A stretch of DNA of 64,000 nt from Neoechinorhynchus agilis (Eukaryota > Animalia > Acanthocephala): assembly GCA_051530055.1 (NCBI GenBank), contig CM121342.1, positions 5,889,489 to 5,953,488 of the forward strand, given 5' to 3'. The translations under genes and the position numbers were made by a program. Below are positions 12,813-25,398 of the stretch, one piece after another; the first letter of the stretch is position 1; each line of letters starts with the position of its first letter. Below the pieces are notes generated by a model. It was given only the letters and a program-made list of their open reading frames with translations. It was not told the DNA's origin and ran no database searches.

Positions 12813-12930
12813 ACCGTACGGTCTTGGGCATTGAGCGCAGACCAGCGCTTTCTCAGACTGAAATCGCTGGACTGTGTGTCCATTCGGCCGTGTATGGAAT
12901 AATAAAAGTGAAAAAAGAATAATCTTTTCG

Positions 12931-15232
12931 TGGCGAAGCGTACTAAAGATCAAGTCTTTCGTCCATCGGCGATGATCGAATATGTGATGTACGTCCTTAC
13001 TATTAACCAACACAAACTTCCTTCTATTGCACGTCAGGCATACGAAAGAAGTCGTAGCCACATACCTCCCCTCCAGTGTCGACGCATTAATCCGTTCCGT
13101 CAGCTTGAAAACGTGTTGGTATTTTGACTTGACGACCGATGCGAGTCGTCTGTTGCTTGGGAGAAGGTACTGAAGGCAGCGGCGGGTAGTGATTTGGGGT
13201 ACCGGGGCATGGTCATTGGTTATCGTGATCACGTGAGCCTTCTTTAATCGGTCCACCGAGACGTTATCTTCTTTACCATTGATTTCGATCTTCATCGCAT
13301 TGGCCCCGGTCTGTGGGACCTTGTACAGACCATCGTACTGACAGGAGAGCTGGGGTTTGATCGCGTCGATCTTGACAAACACAAACTTGGCGTTTTCGAG
13401 GGGAGCCGGCACTCTGGTCGGGGCGTTCCTGCTGGGATCCGTTGTCCACCTGGGAGGCATGGGCATCAAGTCCATCAGTTTGTCTCTCAGTCGGGTCAAA
13501 CAAAGGCTGAGTATCACCGATGCCGCGTCCTGGACGAACTCGCCAGGTAGTCGCAGTGATGATCTGTAGACCAGTTCGGCCGGGAACAACCCAGATCTTC
13601 CTTGAGCAAGGTCTGGAGCTCTCGGAGGACCCAAGGCAGGTCTTTGGCCATCTGAACTGCAGGTGAAAGCGCTCGATCATGCCGTTGTCCTGCGGGTAGT
13701 AGGCGGTCGCACGGTGGACGTATACTCCGAGGGCCTCCCCGAGGTAGTTCCAGATGCCAGAGGTGAACTCGTCGTAACTCCTAGATGTCCTGGAAGCCTG
13801 CGACGACTCGGGGTCCCACGGGACTGTGTTGTTCTTGGTCTTGGGGTCGACGTCAAGAACTCGGCGCAGGAGGACCATGATCTTGGCGGCGTCAAGAAGG
13901 AAGCGATGGTAGTAGTTGACTATCCCCAGAAAACGCTGTAGCTCGATCATCGTTGAGGGCTTGCAGCGACGAGGATGTCGTCGATGTAGACGAAGACGTA
14001 CGGTAGGTCGCCCAGGACGGAGTAAATGGACCTTTGGAAGGTCTGGGCGCTGTTGCGTAAACCGAAAGGCATCCGAGGGTACTCCGAAAGGCCGAATGGG
14101 GGGTGATGATCGCCGTTTTTGGGATGTCCTCCTGGGCGACTGGGATCTGGTGGTAGCCCTTGACCAGGTCGATATAGGAGAACACCGAGTATCCGTGCAA
14201 TGCTGGACCTGATGTCGAGCGGCCGAGTCGAACCTTGGTGTGAGGACGGCAGGGTACTTGAGGAGCAGAGCCTCGAACTGGCGCCTCCAAGGGAATAAGG
14301 GTAGTTGGTGAAGTGGCGACGAGTCTCTTGACCTGCAGGTCGATCATCAGTCCGACGTTTCGGAGGAAGTCGGAACCAGAGATGGCGTGTCTGACGTCGG
14401 CAATTATGAAGTTTCACGAGTATCGGGCCCGGCTTGCGAGGTTGAGCGATAGTCTTTTGGTGCCGTAAGTCTGGATAGGACGATGCTGATTTGCGCCCCT
14501 GTGTCGACGAGGGTAACCAACAGATGCCTGGTACTGTCCTCGGAGGTGCTTTGCCTTTGTGATGTTGTCGCATCACGGCCACTCGGGCTTGTTTGGTCGA
14601 TCGCGCAAGCGGTGGTGCCGCCCGTTATTTGAAAAAAGAATTTGTCTGCGACTTCGGCCAGGGAGGTCAGATTGAGAGTATCGATGGAGGCGACCAGTTC
14701 ACGGACTTTCGTCGGCAGCTTGTTGATAAGGTGGTGTCGAAACAGGGGATTAGTGGCTGGGTACGAGTTCTGAGCGTACAGCGCCAGCGTGCGCTCCAGG
14801 AGGCGCGAGGGGGTGTCGTCCTTGATTGTCAGTTCCACGATCATCTGCATCCGTCGGAATTCGGGAACGCTGGAACCGATCGCCGGGCGGTGGGAGGTTG
14901 ACGACGAAAATCCTTAGTCGGCCCAGGGTCTCGGCGTTCAGGGTTGTGTATACATAGTCTTACTTGGTTTAGTCCTGGAAGATCATTCGGAGGTTGAATG
15001 TGGCCTCGACTTGGGAGAACCGCATTGCGCGCTTCCGGGTGAGTTCGGGTCTGTTCTAATGTTGTCGTTCGATGGTTGCTTGTCTTGCGATTTCATCTTT
15101 CGTCGGGGTCGTCACTAATTTGGCGTCGATGCGTACTAAAGATCAAGTCTTTCTCCTTTCTGCGATGATCGAATATGTGATGTACCTCCTCTTCTGTTGC
15201 ACGTAGGGCATCCGAAAGAAGTCGTAGCCATA
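12931..15232 (-). mobile_element. Internally deleted Ty3/Gypsy LTR retrotransposon
   Basis: LTRs 15121-15232 and 12931-13062; degenerate Trp-type PBS next to 15120; PPT ggaggggaggta next to 13063; fragments of gag, protease (LVDTGAQIS), RT ([23 protein letters not shown]) and integrase (TAYYPQDNGMIERFH). Confidence 0.9.
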
Positions 15233-15902
15233 ATCTTACACATGTAGAAGGCATCGCCTCAAAACATGTTTTAATTCAACAAAACACGGAAGACTAACAA
15301 ACACCTTATGACATCACTCAAAAATTCGAACTAAACTATTCAATCTGATCGTTCTTTTCACTAACTTAGCAATAAAAACAACGAAATATTCCAATTAAAC
15401 GTTACAAAAAGACGATTTAAACATTCCAAATAAAACAATAGAATTAGCTTTACTCGATCGTTTATTTTTGTCACTAGTAACAAAATGCTTTACAGTGGCC
15501 ATTATCATGTACTGATTTCTCATTGATCACTGAATTTAGCACACTTATTTGTTTTTGGTACGCGCATTTGCATTTTTTTTCATTTGTATCGTTTTTCCAG
15601 TGATTTTTAACAATTCAAACAATCTGTTTGAAGCACCTCCCGCCATTGCATTTTTTGAGAAATTTATAACAATAAAGCAGTCAGCCCATGGCTTGAGAAC
15701 TATGTTCGGGTGAATAAAAAAAGTCAAATTCGAAATTGACAACAGTCGTAGTGAGTGGAGATGCTTAATTAACATAAAAATGGTATGACCGCCTCCGGGG
15801 GACGCAATTAGAAGTAACCGTCTTTTTGAATAAGAAAAATTAAACACCCATTCCTACCTCACACGAAATGAGCGAGTTTTCTATTATCGACTAAACGTTC
15901 AT

Positions 15903-16919
15903 TTACGAACGCTTGGACTCTTTTCCGCATTGAGATTTCTTCTTCTCAACTTCCTGTACGAAACGAGAGTTCAATCTTTCTATAAAAAATAGAGCAATAA
16001 TGCATACTTTCATCAAAAGGACATTTGCGATTTGTTCAAATAGACGGAAAAGATCAAGAAAGAGGTTAATGCTGTGCCTAAAAATGGGCAAAAAACACGT
16101 TTACACGACATTTACCGTCAAGATTATTACTAACTTAATAAAGTCATCATCTCCGTAACTGAACTTATCAAGAATCAATTGAGTGTCCATGACGGTATAG
16201 ACGCACATTAGACCAACGGCTAACAGTTCTCGTGCCTATAAAAAGGATGGTTAGAGTTCGGTACTTGTGGGTACTAACATCGCTGAAAGGTTTGCTGACC
16301 CACGAAGGGAGGATCCAAGCAGTTATACTGATCCATAAGATTGAATTGAAGAATGCAAGGACAAAACCTGAGAGTTTTTAGGAGAAGGGTAAAGGATTAG
16401 ATTGAGAAACCTTGGCAATATAAAAGCGTTCGGCTTGAAGGGGACTTTAGAACGCTTAAACTAAATGCAGTAAAAACGAGAGCGGTGGTAAGAAAAGCGG
16501 TTGGAATAATCCTCGGATCGAATTTCGTAACCACATTCATAAGTGGTTCACAGTTGACGCCCATGAGGAAGCTGCTCGCCATGAGCAAACATAGTCTCAA
16601 ATGCACTGTTTGTGGAGTATTAGGTGACAAGTAGATGTAGACGATAAGTCCGAGTGTTATAAGACCAGTGATGATTCCGGGCTAAAAATTTTTTTGGAAA
16701 AATAGACAATTTTAGAATTGATCTTACCTTAAGGAAAAGAAAACCGCCTGTAGAAAAGCCTGCAATCGAGAGTAGCGTACATGCAAGTATGCAAGAGTAA
16801 ACGCGCTTCAGATGGTTCAAACATTGAGGACTAAGATGACTAAAGTCAAACATTGATTTTGAACTTTGAGCGAAGACGTGAGAAGATGAACGTATATTGG
16901 TTGAAAAAGACTTGAACAT
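15903..16919 (-). CDS. TMBIM6: Bax inhibitor-1, 6 exons; start at 16919 or 16853
   Basis: HLKRVYS, IIPTAFLTTALVFTAFSLS, DTQLILDK..GDDDFIKHSINLFLD and a basic C-tail; GT-AG introns 16727-16682 (46 nt), 16410-16368 (43 nt) and three more short ones keep the frame. Confidence 0.92.
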
Positions 16920-17589
16920 CTAGTATTGAACGAAAAAGTTATGAGCTCTCTCATGTTTAAGTGAGTTTGTATCCGTGTTTAAAGCGCGTGGTCGCTGAGC
17001 CAAACTAAATTTCTCTCCAATCGATCGTTTTCAAATTTAAAACACCAAAGATCGCTTAAACAACCTTAAAAAATTGTTGAAATTTCTTAATTTCAAATGG
17101 TCAGGAAATCATATTTGAAAGATGAGAAACAATCGTTTTCAATTACTCTTTTTTTTGAAAAAAATTGAACCTGGAACGCAAATTAGTCGTTTGAGACTTG
17201 ACGGAACTATTAAAATCTACAACTTTAACACTTTGTTAAAAGCAAATTTAAAAACCCAAAGATCGCTTAGGCAACGTTAAAAAATCGTCGCAATTTCATA
17301 ATTTCAAGTTGCCAAGATTCTTAGGGTTAAGTTTCTCACCGAACAAAATTATGTAAGCCTCGTCAATGTAATAAAATTGAGTCAAAACGACTACAAAAAG
17401 GAAGTCGGAATTGAGGTACCGTGAAAATTGGGTTTTTTCATCAAATTTCCCAAATCCCCATTGAAATGCATCCACGATTAAACTTTTTAACCACAGATTG
17501 AGAGAAAAGACTCAAAGAACGCGAATTCGAACGATATCAGCCTTTAGCAATAAAGTATTTTAAAGTAAATACGGCGTGTTGTTGGCTAT

Positions 17590-18030
17590 AGACGAATTTT
17601 ATGATAATTAAAATGTTTTCATGGTTGTTTTATGGCGAAGAAATTGAAATGATTATCCATCAACTTTGACAAAAAAGGCGTACAAGATTGTGTGCCTTTC
17701 CGAAAACAATCGGCAGTTTAAAATCACTTCAATTTCTCTACGCCATATAAAACAACCACAAAATATGAGCAGTTCAATCTTCAAACAATTACGAAGCCGC
17801 AATAAAAAGAAAGAGCTTAGAACGGTCTTGGAAGCCGAGATGAACTCGATAATTTAGATTGATAAAATTACTAAAAAAACACGAAGGATTCCCAAATTTA
17901 TTGGTTCACTTTGCCGGAATAAACCTCGCGAGTGGCTCTCCGAAAACAATCGGCAGTTTAAAATCATTTCAATTTCTCTACGCCATATAAAACAACCACA
18001 AAATATGAGCAGTTCAATCTACAAAATAAA
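17590..18030. repeat. Dispersed ~130-bp repeat family (ccgaaaacaatcggcag...aaacaaccacaaaatatg), three local copies
   Basis: Copies at 17590-17655 (-), 17674-17820 (+), 17935-18030 (+); related sequence at ~4120, 38447, 44250-44320 and 62140-62195. Confidence 0.7.
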
Positions 18031-18049
18031 AGCGATTTCGGTTAAAAAT

Positions 18050-18800
18050 TCAAAACTTGACGAGGCCTGGCGACAAGCTTCATTGCCTGTATCGTCCGGT
18101 TGCTTGGGTATGCGAAAAACTGTAGATATGTCGTTGTCCGCGTTTTTAGGATCATTCGAAGAGAGTCGGGATCTGGTAAAACTTATATTGGGACCAATGT
18201 TCTGTTTAGCGGACGAATTTCTAGCAGCGGTCCAGGACGGATTAGAACCAAGTTCCCGTGAATGAAACAGTCTATCTCGGATTAACCTTCAGTCGCCTTT
18301 CAGGCTCTCGCGACGAGGTCGACCGGACTAGATTGCTGGCAGTCGCTACAAGAGAATCGGCAGCATGGTTAGAATCCTTACTCATTGCGTCCATGGGAAC
18401 ACTCCTCGTAGACGAAGCAGTTCGGATCGACGTGTCCCTCAGATTTGGTCTACCGATTTGTGTCGAATATCGTTGCCGGTGTGGAATGATCGTGGATCCA
18501 CTGGGAGAGATATGGTCTTGTTTGCAACAAATTAAGGGGGATCGTCCCAAAACATTTTAGAGTTAAGCAACCTGTGTAGGCTGGATGGTAGTCCGGATGA
18601 CGTCACCGTATTCCCTTGGCGAGAAGGCAAACGTCTTCTCTGGGACGCCACGGGTCTGCCGCGGAGGACCGAAAGGTTGCGAAATATAAAGAACTGAGAA
18701 GGTCTCACGTTTTTATACCTTTTGGAGAGGGTTGGTGCGATCGGCACTTGGATTTACGAAGGAGTTACCGAGTGGAGCTGGTGTCTTCCTACGCTAAAAC
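18050..18800 (+). mobile_element. Decayed CRE-clade non-LTR retrotransposon, 3' part
   Basis: LDEAWRQASLPV..G.LG.R; RLLAVATRESAAWL..GTLL.DEAVRI..LRFGLPIC..RCRCG; VTVFPWREGK.L.WDAT; KVAKYKEL..FIPFG. Confidence 0.8.
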
Positions 18801-19777
18801 ATTGGTCTCGCCACAGAAAAGAGGAAAAATCAGCGTCTGTGGTCGCGACCACTGAGGGAAGCTCTTCTTCGTGGACGGTAATGATTGTTTTCATCGTTTT
18901 GTTGTTGCGTGTGTAACCGGTGAAAATTTGACAATGAAAGTTTCCTCGTTTTCTGTACTCATTGACACAATCAATGAACTTATTTGAAAGTCCGTGGCAT
19001 TCCAACGATCTCCCTTGACCGGCGAATGTTAAAATAGCCTTGAAATTGGGTTAAAAAGGGAGAATACAAACAGAATTTTTAGGAATAGCCTTGAAATTGG
19101 GTTAAAAAGGGAGAATACAAAAAGAATTTTTAGGATAGAAAAATTGTTGATCCTCGAGGCAACCCAAGCGCTCAAAGATCGGAAACCAAAACTTAGACAT
19201 TGACAAAAGAGTCAAGAGAATGACACTTTCTGAGTCAAAAGCATAACACATTGAACACAACAGCTTTTAAAACCGACGAAAATAAATGCTCGTTGCTCGT
19301 CTAAAATTCTTCCGTGTCAATGACGTCATTAACAAATGGAAATGACGTGACCGAAATCCGTACGAAACTAAACTTAGAAATAATTGAGTTGCTCTTAAAA
19401 TGTTTCGTGGGCTTTAAATTTGGTTGGAAACTTTTGTTTTCGAAAAAGAGAAAATCTTTCCGAGAGAGGAATTGGTTCTCGATTTTTTATCCGTCTCAAG
19501 ACTTCGTCTTTCCTTGCTTAAAATATGCGAATTTTTCTTTTCCTCCGGATTTTAAAGATCAATTTTTCTTGGTATTTTTATATTGAATAACCGAACCTTT
19601 TTTTCTAATTCTTCAGAGGCACAATCTTGTACGCCTTTACCAAAATCCAATTTAACTGAAATTCCTTCAATTTTCATGGATATATATTTTTTGTTTAATG
19701 ATTGAGAAAATATTCCGTGGTTCTCGTCGGATTTCCGGAAGGTTTTTTTCGGTCCATCTAAAATGCACAAAACTCTC

Positions 19778-21840
19778 AAAAAGGGCGACGAAAGTGGAAA
19801 CGTTTTCCATAAACGGTTTTTCGGAGATTTTCTTACGATCTCAATTTTGTATTATTTTTTCTTTTTTTTGTTAGCGAATTATTAATTTTTATTTGATAAT
19901 TTTCGGCCTTCGCCATAGACCTTCTTCGGTCTATCTAAAATTCACCCAAGAAACACTATAATAAAATTCATTTTCTATCCAAAAAGGGCGACGAAAGTGG
20001 AAACGTTTTCCATAAACGGTTTTTCGGAGATTTTCTTACGATCTCAATTTTGTATTATTTTTTCTTTTTTTTGTTAGCGAATTATTAATTTTTATTTGAT
20101 AATTTTCGGCCTTCGCCATAGACCTTCTTCGGTCTATCTAAAATTCACCCAAGAAACACTATAATAAAATTCATTTTCTATCCAAAAAGGGCGACGAAAG
20201 TGGAAACGTTTTCCATAAACGGTTTTTCGGAGATTTTCTTACGATCTCAATTTTGTATAATTTTTTCTTTTTTTTGTTAGCGAATTATTAATTTTTATTT
20301 GATAATTTTCGGCCTTCGCCATAGACCTTCTTCGGTCTATCTAAAATTCACCCAAGAAACACTATAATAAAATTCATTTTCTATCCAAAAAGGGCGACGA
20401 AAGTGGAAACGTTTTCCATAAACGGTTTTTCGGAGATTTTCTTACGATCTCAATTTTGTATAATTTTTTCTTTTTTTTGTTAGCGAATTATTAATTTTTA
20501 TTTGATAATTTTCGGCCTTCGCCATAGACCTTCTTCGGTCTATCTAAAATTCACCCAAGAAACACTATAATAAAATTCATTTTCTATCCAAAAAGGGCGA
20601 CGAAAGTGGAAACGTTTTCCATAAACGGTTTTTCGGAGATTTTCTTACGATCTCAATTTTGTATTATTTTTTCTTTTTTTGTTAGCGAATTATTAATTTT
20701 TATTTGATAATTTTCGGCCTTCCCATAGACCTTCTTCGGTCTATCTAAAATTCACCCAAGAAACACTATAATAAAATTCATTTTCTATCCAAAAAGGGCG
20801 ACGAAAGTGGAAACGTTTTCCATAAACGGTTTTTCGGAGATTTTCTTACGATCTCAATTTTGTATTATTTTTTCTTTTTTTTGTTAGCGAATTATTAATT
20901 TTTATTTGATAATTTTCGGCCTTCGCCATAGACCTTCTTCGGTCTATCTAAAATTCACCCAAGAAACACTATAATAAAATTCATTTTCTATCCAAAAAGG
21001 GCGACGAAAGTGGAAACGTTTTCCATAAACGGTTTTTCGGAGATTTTCTTACGATCTCAATTTTGTATAATTTTTTCTTTTTTTGTTAGCGAATTATTAA
21101 TTTTTATTTGATAATTTTCGGCCTTCCCATAGACCTTCTTCGGTCTATCTAAAATTCACCCAAGAAACACTATAATAAAATTCATTTTCTATCCAAAAAG
21201 GGCGACGAAAGTGGAAACGTTTTCCATAAACGGTTTTTCGGAAATTTTGTATAATTTTTTCTTTTTTTTGTTAGCGAATTATTAATTTTTATTTGATAAT
21301 TTTCGGCCTTCGCCATAGACCTTCTTCGGTCTATCTAAAATTCACCCAAGAAACACTATAATAAAATTCATTTTCTATCCAAAAAGGGCGACGAAAGTGG
21401 AAACGTTTTCCATAAACGGTTTTTCGGAGATTTTCTTACGATCTCAATTTTGTATAATTTTTTCTTTTTTTGTTAGCGAATTATTAATTTTTATTTGATA
21501 ATTTTCGGCCTTCCCGTGGACCTTCTTCGGTCTATCTAAAATTCACCCAAAACACTATAATAAAATTCATTTTCTATCCAAAAACGACGAAAGTGGAAAC
21601 GTTTTCCATAAACGGTTTTTCGGAAATTTTAATAATTTTTCTTTTTTTTTAGCGAATTTAATTTTATTTGATAATTTTCGGCCTTCGCATAGACCTTCTT
21701 CGGTCTATCTAAAATTCACCCAAGAAACACTATAATAAAATTCATTTTCTATCCAAAAAGGGCGACGAAAGTGGAAACGTTTTCCATAAACGGTTTTTCG
21801 GAGATTTTCTTACGATCTCAATTTTGTATTATTTTTTCTT
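19778..21840. repeat. Tandem satellite, ~203 bp unit, ~10 copies, with a hammerhead-like motif on the minus strand
   Basis: gggcgacgaaagtggaaacg at 19783, 19986, 20189, 20392 and onward; minus strand of each unit reads ga-CCGAAGA-a-ggtct-atggcga-aggcc-GAA-AATT-A-tc. Confidence 0.95.
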
Positions 21841-22105
21841 TGATCCCGAGCGATGGTGTGAGTGATTTCATGACATTTCAAAAATAACACGTTAATTTGT
21901 TAATTAATTGATTTATTTGATGGCCTTCGCGTACGTCTTCTTCATCAGCTTGTTGTTTCGCAAGTTTTTAAATATTTGGGTTGGCAAAAATAAATGAATT
22001 ATTGATAATTCTCGCCGTCGAAAAAAAGTTAAAATGATGACCATCTTTACAATTGTATAATTACTTTATTGTTGTTGTTTTTTAGATTTTAATTTATTTA
22101 TACAT

Positions 22106-22158
22106 GGGTTGAATTTTAGATAGACCGAAGAAGGTCTATGGTGAAGTCCGAAAATTAT
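22106..22158 (+). repeat. Single inverted copy of the 203-bp satellite's hammerhead-like segment
   Basis: gggttgaattttagatagaccgaagaaggtctatggtgaagtccgaaaattat closely matches the reverse complement of the unit segment. Confidence 0.85.
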
Positions 22159-22281
22159 AATTCTAATTTTAGAAAGGAAACGGACGACATATCGATTTTC
22201 TTGAACACCAATTTTTTCGATCAAAATTACACAAATTCTCACACGATCAGCCTTTAAATTTTTTTTAAAAGATTCGAAGCC

Positions 22282-22770
22282 ATGAACGACGGATCGGACT
22301 TTGTACACCGTGGGCGCGTGGCTGTCCAATACACCACGAGTGTTCAATACAAAACGTACCTTCGAATGCTCGTCCTTCTGAACTCATCAGTCGTGGCACT
22401 TCTTCTCGTATTGTCCTACAAATGTCAATCTTTGACAGATCAACTTTTATGCGACACTGTTCCATATTCATCACTCCTGTGGTCGACGATGTGCCTGGTG
22501 GCTGCAATCAGTGGAATATTGGCTTGTCGATCAAACAATATAATTCTCGTATCGATATTCAAATGGATTCATACAATCATAGGTCCATTTATTGTGTTGT
22601 GTTCAATTGTATTGAGCGTAAAACGAGTATTTACGAACCTTCAAGAACTACCGATCACTTCTTGTATTCTGTTCATTTTTCATTTAATCGCTATTCAGAT
22701 CCATTTTGTTTGTTGGTACGTCGGACGAATACTCATGGAGTCTTGGCAAATAAAACGGAAGAGAAACTAG
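22282..22770 (+). CDS. JAGN1: Jagunal homolog (ER membrane protein), single exon
   Basis: N-terminal DGSDF.HR.RVA..Y..S motif, four hydrophobic segments, C-terminal SW..K. Confidence 0.9.
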   Translation: MNDGSDFVHRGRVAVQYTTSVQYKTYLRMLVLLNSSVVALLLVLSYKCQSLTDQLLCDTVPYSSLLWSTMCLVAAISGILACRSNNIILVSIFKWIHTIIGPFIVLCSIVLSVKRVFTNLQELPITSCILFIFHLIAIQIHFVCWYVGRILMESWQIKRKRN

Positions 22771-22845
22771 GCTGAGTGTTCTCCAAGCGTCAAATCGTTA
22801 AATGTCTTCAATGCTGAGAATTACTTTTCTAGATTGAAATCTAAA

Positions 22846-23836
22846 ATGAATGAGTCGGACAAGCGAAATATGAATGCCAAAACGGGAAATGCATTCAATA
22901 AGGAACGAATGGAAGCATGGATGAAACGAAGAATGGAAGCTAAGAAAAGAAACCGTCCACCGAAAGCGATTAAGTTGGACGCTGACCTGTAAGATCCAAC
23001 AAAATTCATCTATTGATCACGGCATTTTAGTTATTTTTTGTGATTTAATCGAACCACGAGGTTTCGTTGAAATGAACATTTTTAAAATCGAAATTAAGAA
23101 AAAAGGCATATATCGGTTACGAGTTTTCGGACAGAAGTACGATTTCCAATCTAAACAATCATCAACCGTAAAAAAAACATCTTCAGTTTTTCATTTGCAT
23201 TTTAATTCTGACTATATTCAAAAATTTTGTGTGATTATGATTTCAAATGTCTACAAAAATTAAATTTTTAAAAATATATCTTCAGTTTTTTCTATGCAAT
23301 GAAATTGCTCATCTTAAGTTCCGATCTTATTGTCTAGAAAGTTTATTTCTCGTTTCTTTGATTTTCTGAGAAAATACCGAGTTTCTCAGTTTGATTTCAG
23401 AAAGCAAAGGCATCAAAAATCTATACGAGCGTGGACTTGCTATAAATGCATTTAAAATTTCCGAGGACGGTGAAACAAGACATGGAAAAGAACTTGATGA
23501 TTTTGTTGAAATAATGAAGGTCTATGAGCATTGGGCTCGTTCATTGTGCTCAAGATATTCATTTGAGGAGGTTATAGAACGTGTTGAACGTTTGGGTGAA
23601 AAGAAGATTGTGAAGGTTTCATCACATTTCTGAAGATTAATATTTAAAAAACTCCATAATAGTCTTATATGAATAGATTCAGGAGTGGAACAAGTGTTGA
23701 AATAAATGATGGAGGCGACATCCAGGACTTGATCGAAGCGGAATTCGGTCCTCGTGAAGACACGGCCGATATTGAACAATATTTTGACATTCCTAATGAG
23801 GCCGATGATAACGACGACGACGCCAACATGGAATGA
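22846..23836 (+). CDS. TIPIN: TIMELESS-interacting protein (Swi3 domain), 3 exons: 22846-22988, 23390-23615, 23663-23836
   Basis: Spliced KLDADLLISESKG...YEHWARSL..RYSFEEVIERVERLG.KK.V..YMNRFR fits Swi3; both introns are GT-AG and phase-compatible. Confidence 0.88.
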
Positions 23837-24145
23837 ATTTTAAATAATAATGAAAACAAATTCGGCTACTAATGATTCTTTTTTAAGACGCGTGAATCGT
23901 GGTAAAATGAGACCTTGAAACTTCTACAACATGAAAAATGCCACATTCGAAGACGGCGTCCAAATTCTAATTTCTTTTTTATTTAGCATCATTAAACAAC
24001 TAGATTCTATTCTACTTTTTTCTTTGCTTAAATTATTCCCTAAATATTGAATCTACTAATTAATGGACGGCATCTTTGTCGCGTACTCGCATTGTTTAGT
24101 ATAGATTTTACCCAAAAACGTTCCCGAGTACAATGTTTTTGTTTT

Positions 24146-24182
24146 GTCCGAATTTTCGCCGCTCCACGGCTTCTTCAGGGAC
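24146..24182 (-). ncRNA. Minimal type I hammerhead ribozyme, intact core
   Basis: GTCC-CTGAAGA-A-GCCG-TGGAG-CGGC-GAA-AATT-C-GGAC. Confidence 0.85.
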
Positions 24183-24295
24183 TCTCCCTCGCTCTGAAAA
24201 GGTCAGAGAAGTGATAAACTGTCTGACAATTCATCTTTCCGATTGATTGACCCATCAGTTGGTCCTCCGCGACCCTGCTACTCCTCCACGACCTT

Positions 24296-24332
24296 GTCCG
24301 AATTTTCGCCGCTTCACGGCTTCTTCAGGGAC
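24296..24332 (-). ncRNA. Minimal type I hammerhead ribozyme, intact core
   Basis: GTCC-CTGAAGA-A-GCCG-TGAAG-CGGC-GAA-AATT-C-GGAC. Confidence 0.85.
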
Positions 24333-25361
24333 TCTCCCTCGCTCTGAAAAGGTCAGAAAAGTGATAAACTGTCTGACAAATCCTTCCGATTGATTGATGA
24401 CCCAACAGTTGGTCCTCCACGACCCTGCTACTCTTCCACGACCTTGTCCGAATTTTCGCCGTTTCACGGCTTCTTCGGGGACTCTCCCTCGCTCTGAAAA
24501 GGTCAGAAAAGTGATAAACTGTCTGACAAATCCTTCCGATTGATTGACCCAACAGTTGGTCCTCCACGACCCTGCTACTCTTCCACGACCTTGTCCGAAT
24601 TTTCGCCGTTTCACGGCTTCTTCGGGGACTCTCCCTCGCTCTGAAAAGGTCAGAAAAGTGATAAACTGTCTGACAAATCCTTCCGATTGATTGATTGACC
24701 CATCAGTTGGTCCTCCACGACCCTGCTACTCTTCCACGACCTTGTCCGAATTTTCGCCGCTTCACGGCATCTTCGGGGACTCTCCCTAGCTCTGAAAAGG
24801 TCAGAAAAGTGATAAACTGTCTGGCAATTCATCTTTCCGATTGAGTAACTCCTCCGTTGGTGCCTCCGACCCTGCTACTCCTCCGCGACCAATAATCAGA
24901 GCCTCGGCAATGGAAAGATCTACAGGATCAGATGCCCTGTAAAGGCTGGGCTAACATTATTGTGGTGGTTAGCAAAATTGGTGGCCAAGGGTAGGGAGAG
25001 TCCCCGAAGAAGCCGTGAAACGGCGAAAATTCGGACAAGGTCGTGGAAGAGTAGCAGGGTCGTGGAGGACCAACTGAGTCATCAATCGGAGGTTTGTCAG
25101 ACAGTTTATCACTTTCTGACCTTTTCAGAGCGAGGGACCAACTGATGGGTCACTCAATCGGAAGGATTTGTCAGACAGTTTATCACTTTTCTGACCTTTT
25201 CAGAGCGAGGGAGAGTCCCCGAAGAAGCCGTGAAACGGCGAAAATTCGGACAAGGTCGTGGAAGAGTAGCAGGGTCGTGGAGGACCAACTGTTGGGTCAA
25301 TCAATCGGAAGGATTTGTCAGACAGTTTATCACGTTTCTGACCTTTTCAGAGCGAGGGAGA

Positions 25362-25398
25362 GTCCCTGAAGAAGCCGTGGAGCGGCGAAAATTCGGAC
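25362..25398 (+). ncRNA. Minimal type I hammerhead ribozyme, intact core
   Basis: GTCC-CTGAAGA-A-GCCG-TGGAG-CGGC-GAA-AATT-C-GGAC. Confidence 0.85.

Noticed and set aside
15545-15847. ORF with SPGGGHT resembling ALG14 or a 2OG-oxygenase motif
   Set aside because: Similarity is limited to a few residues and no further conserved motifs follow
24890-24992. Central spacer as a sequencing adapter or foldback artefact
   Set aside because: No adapter sequence that I recognise; flanks outside the 50-bp tails are unique and the arms are not mirror images. Read-level confirmation is still advisable.
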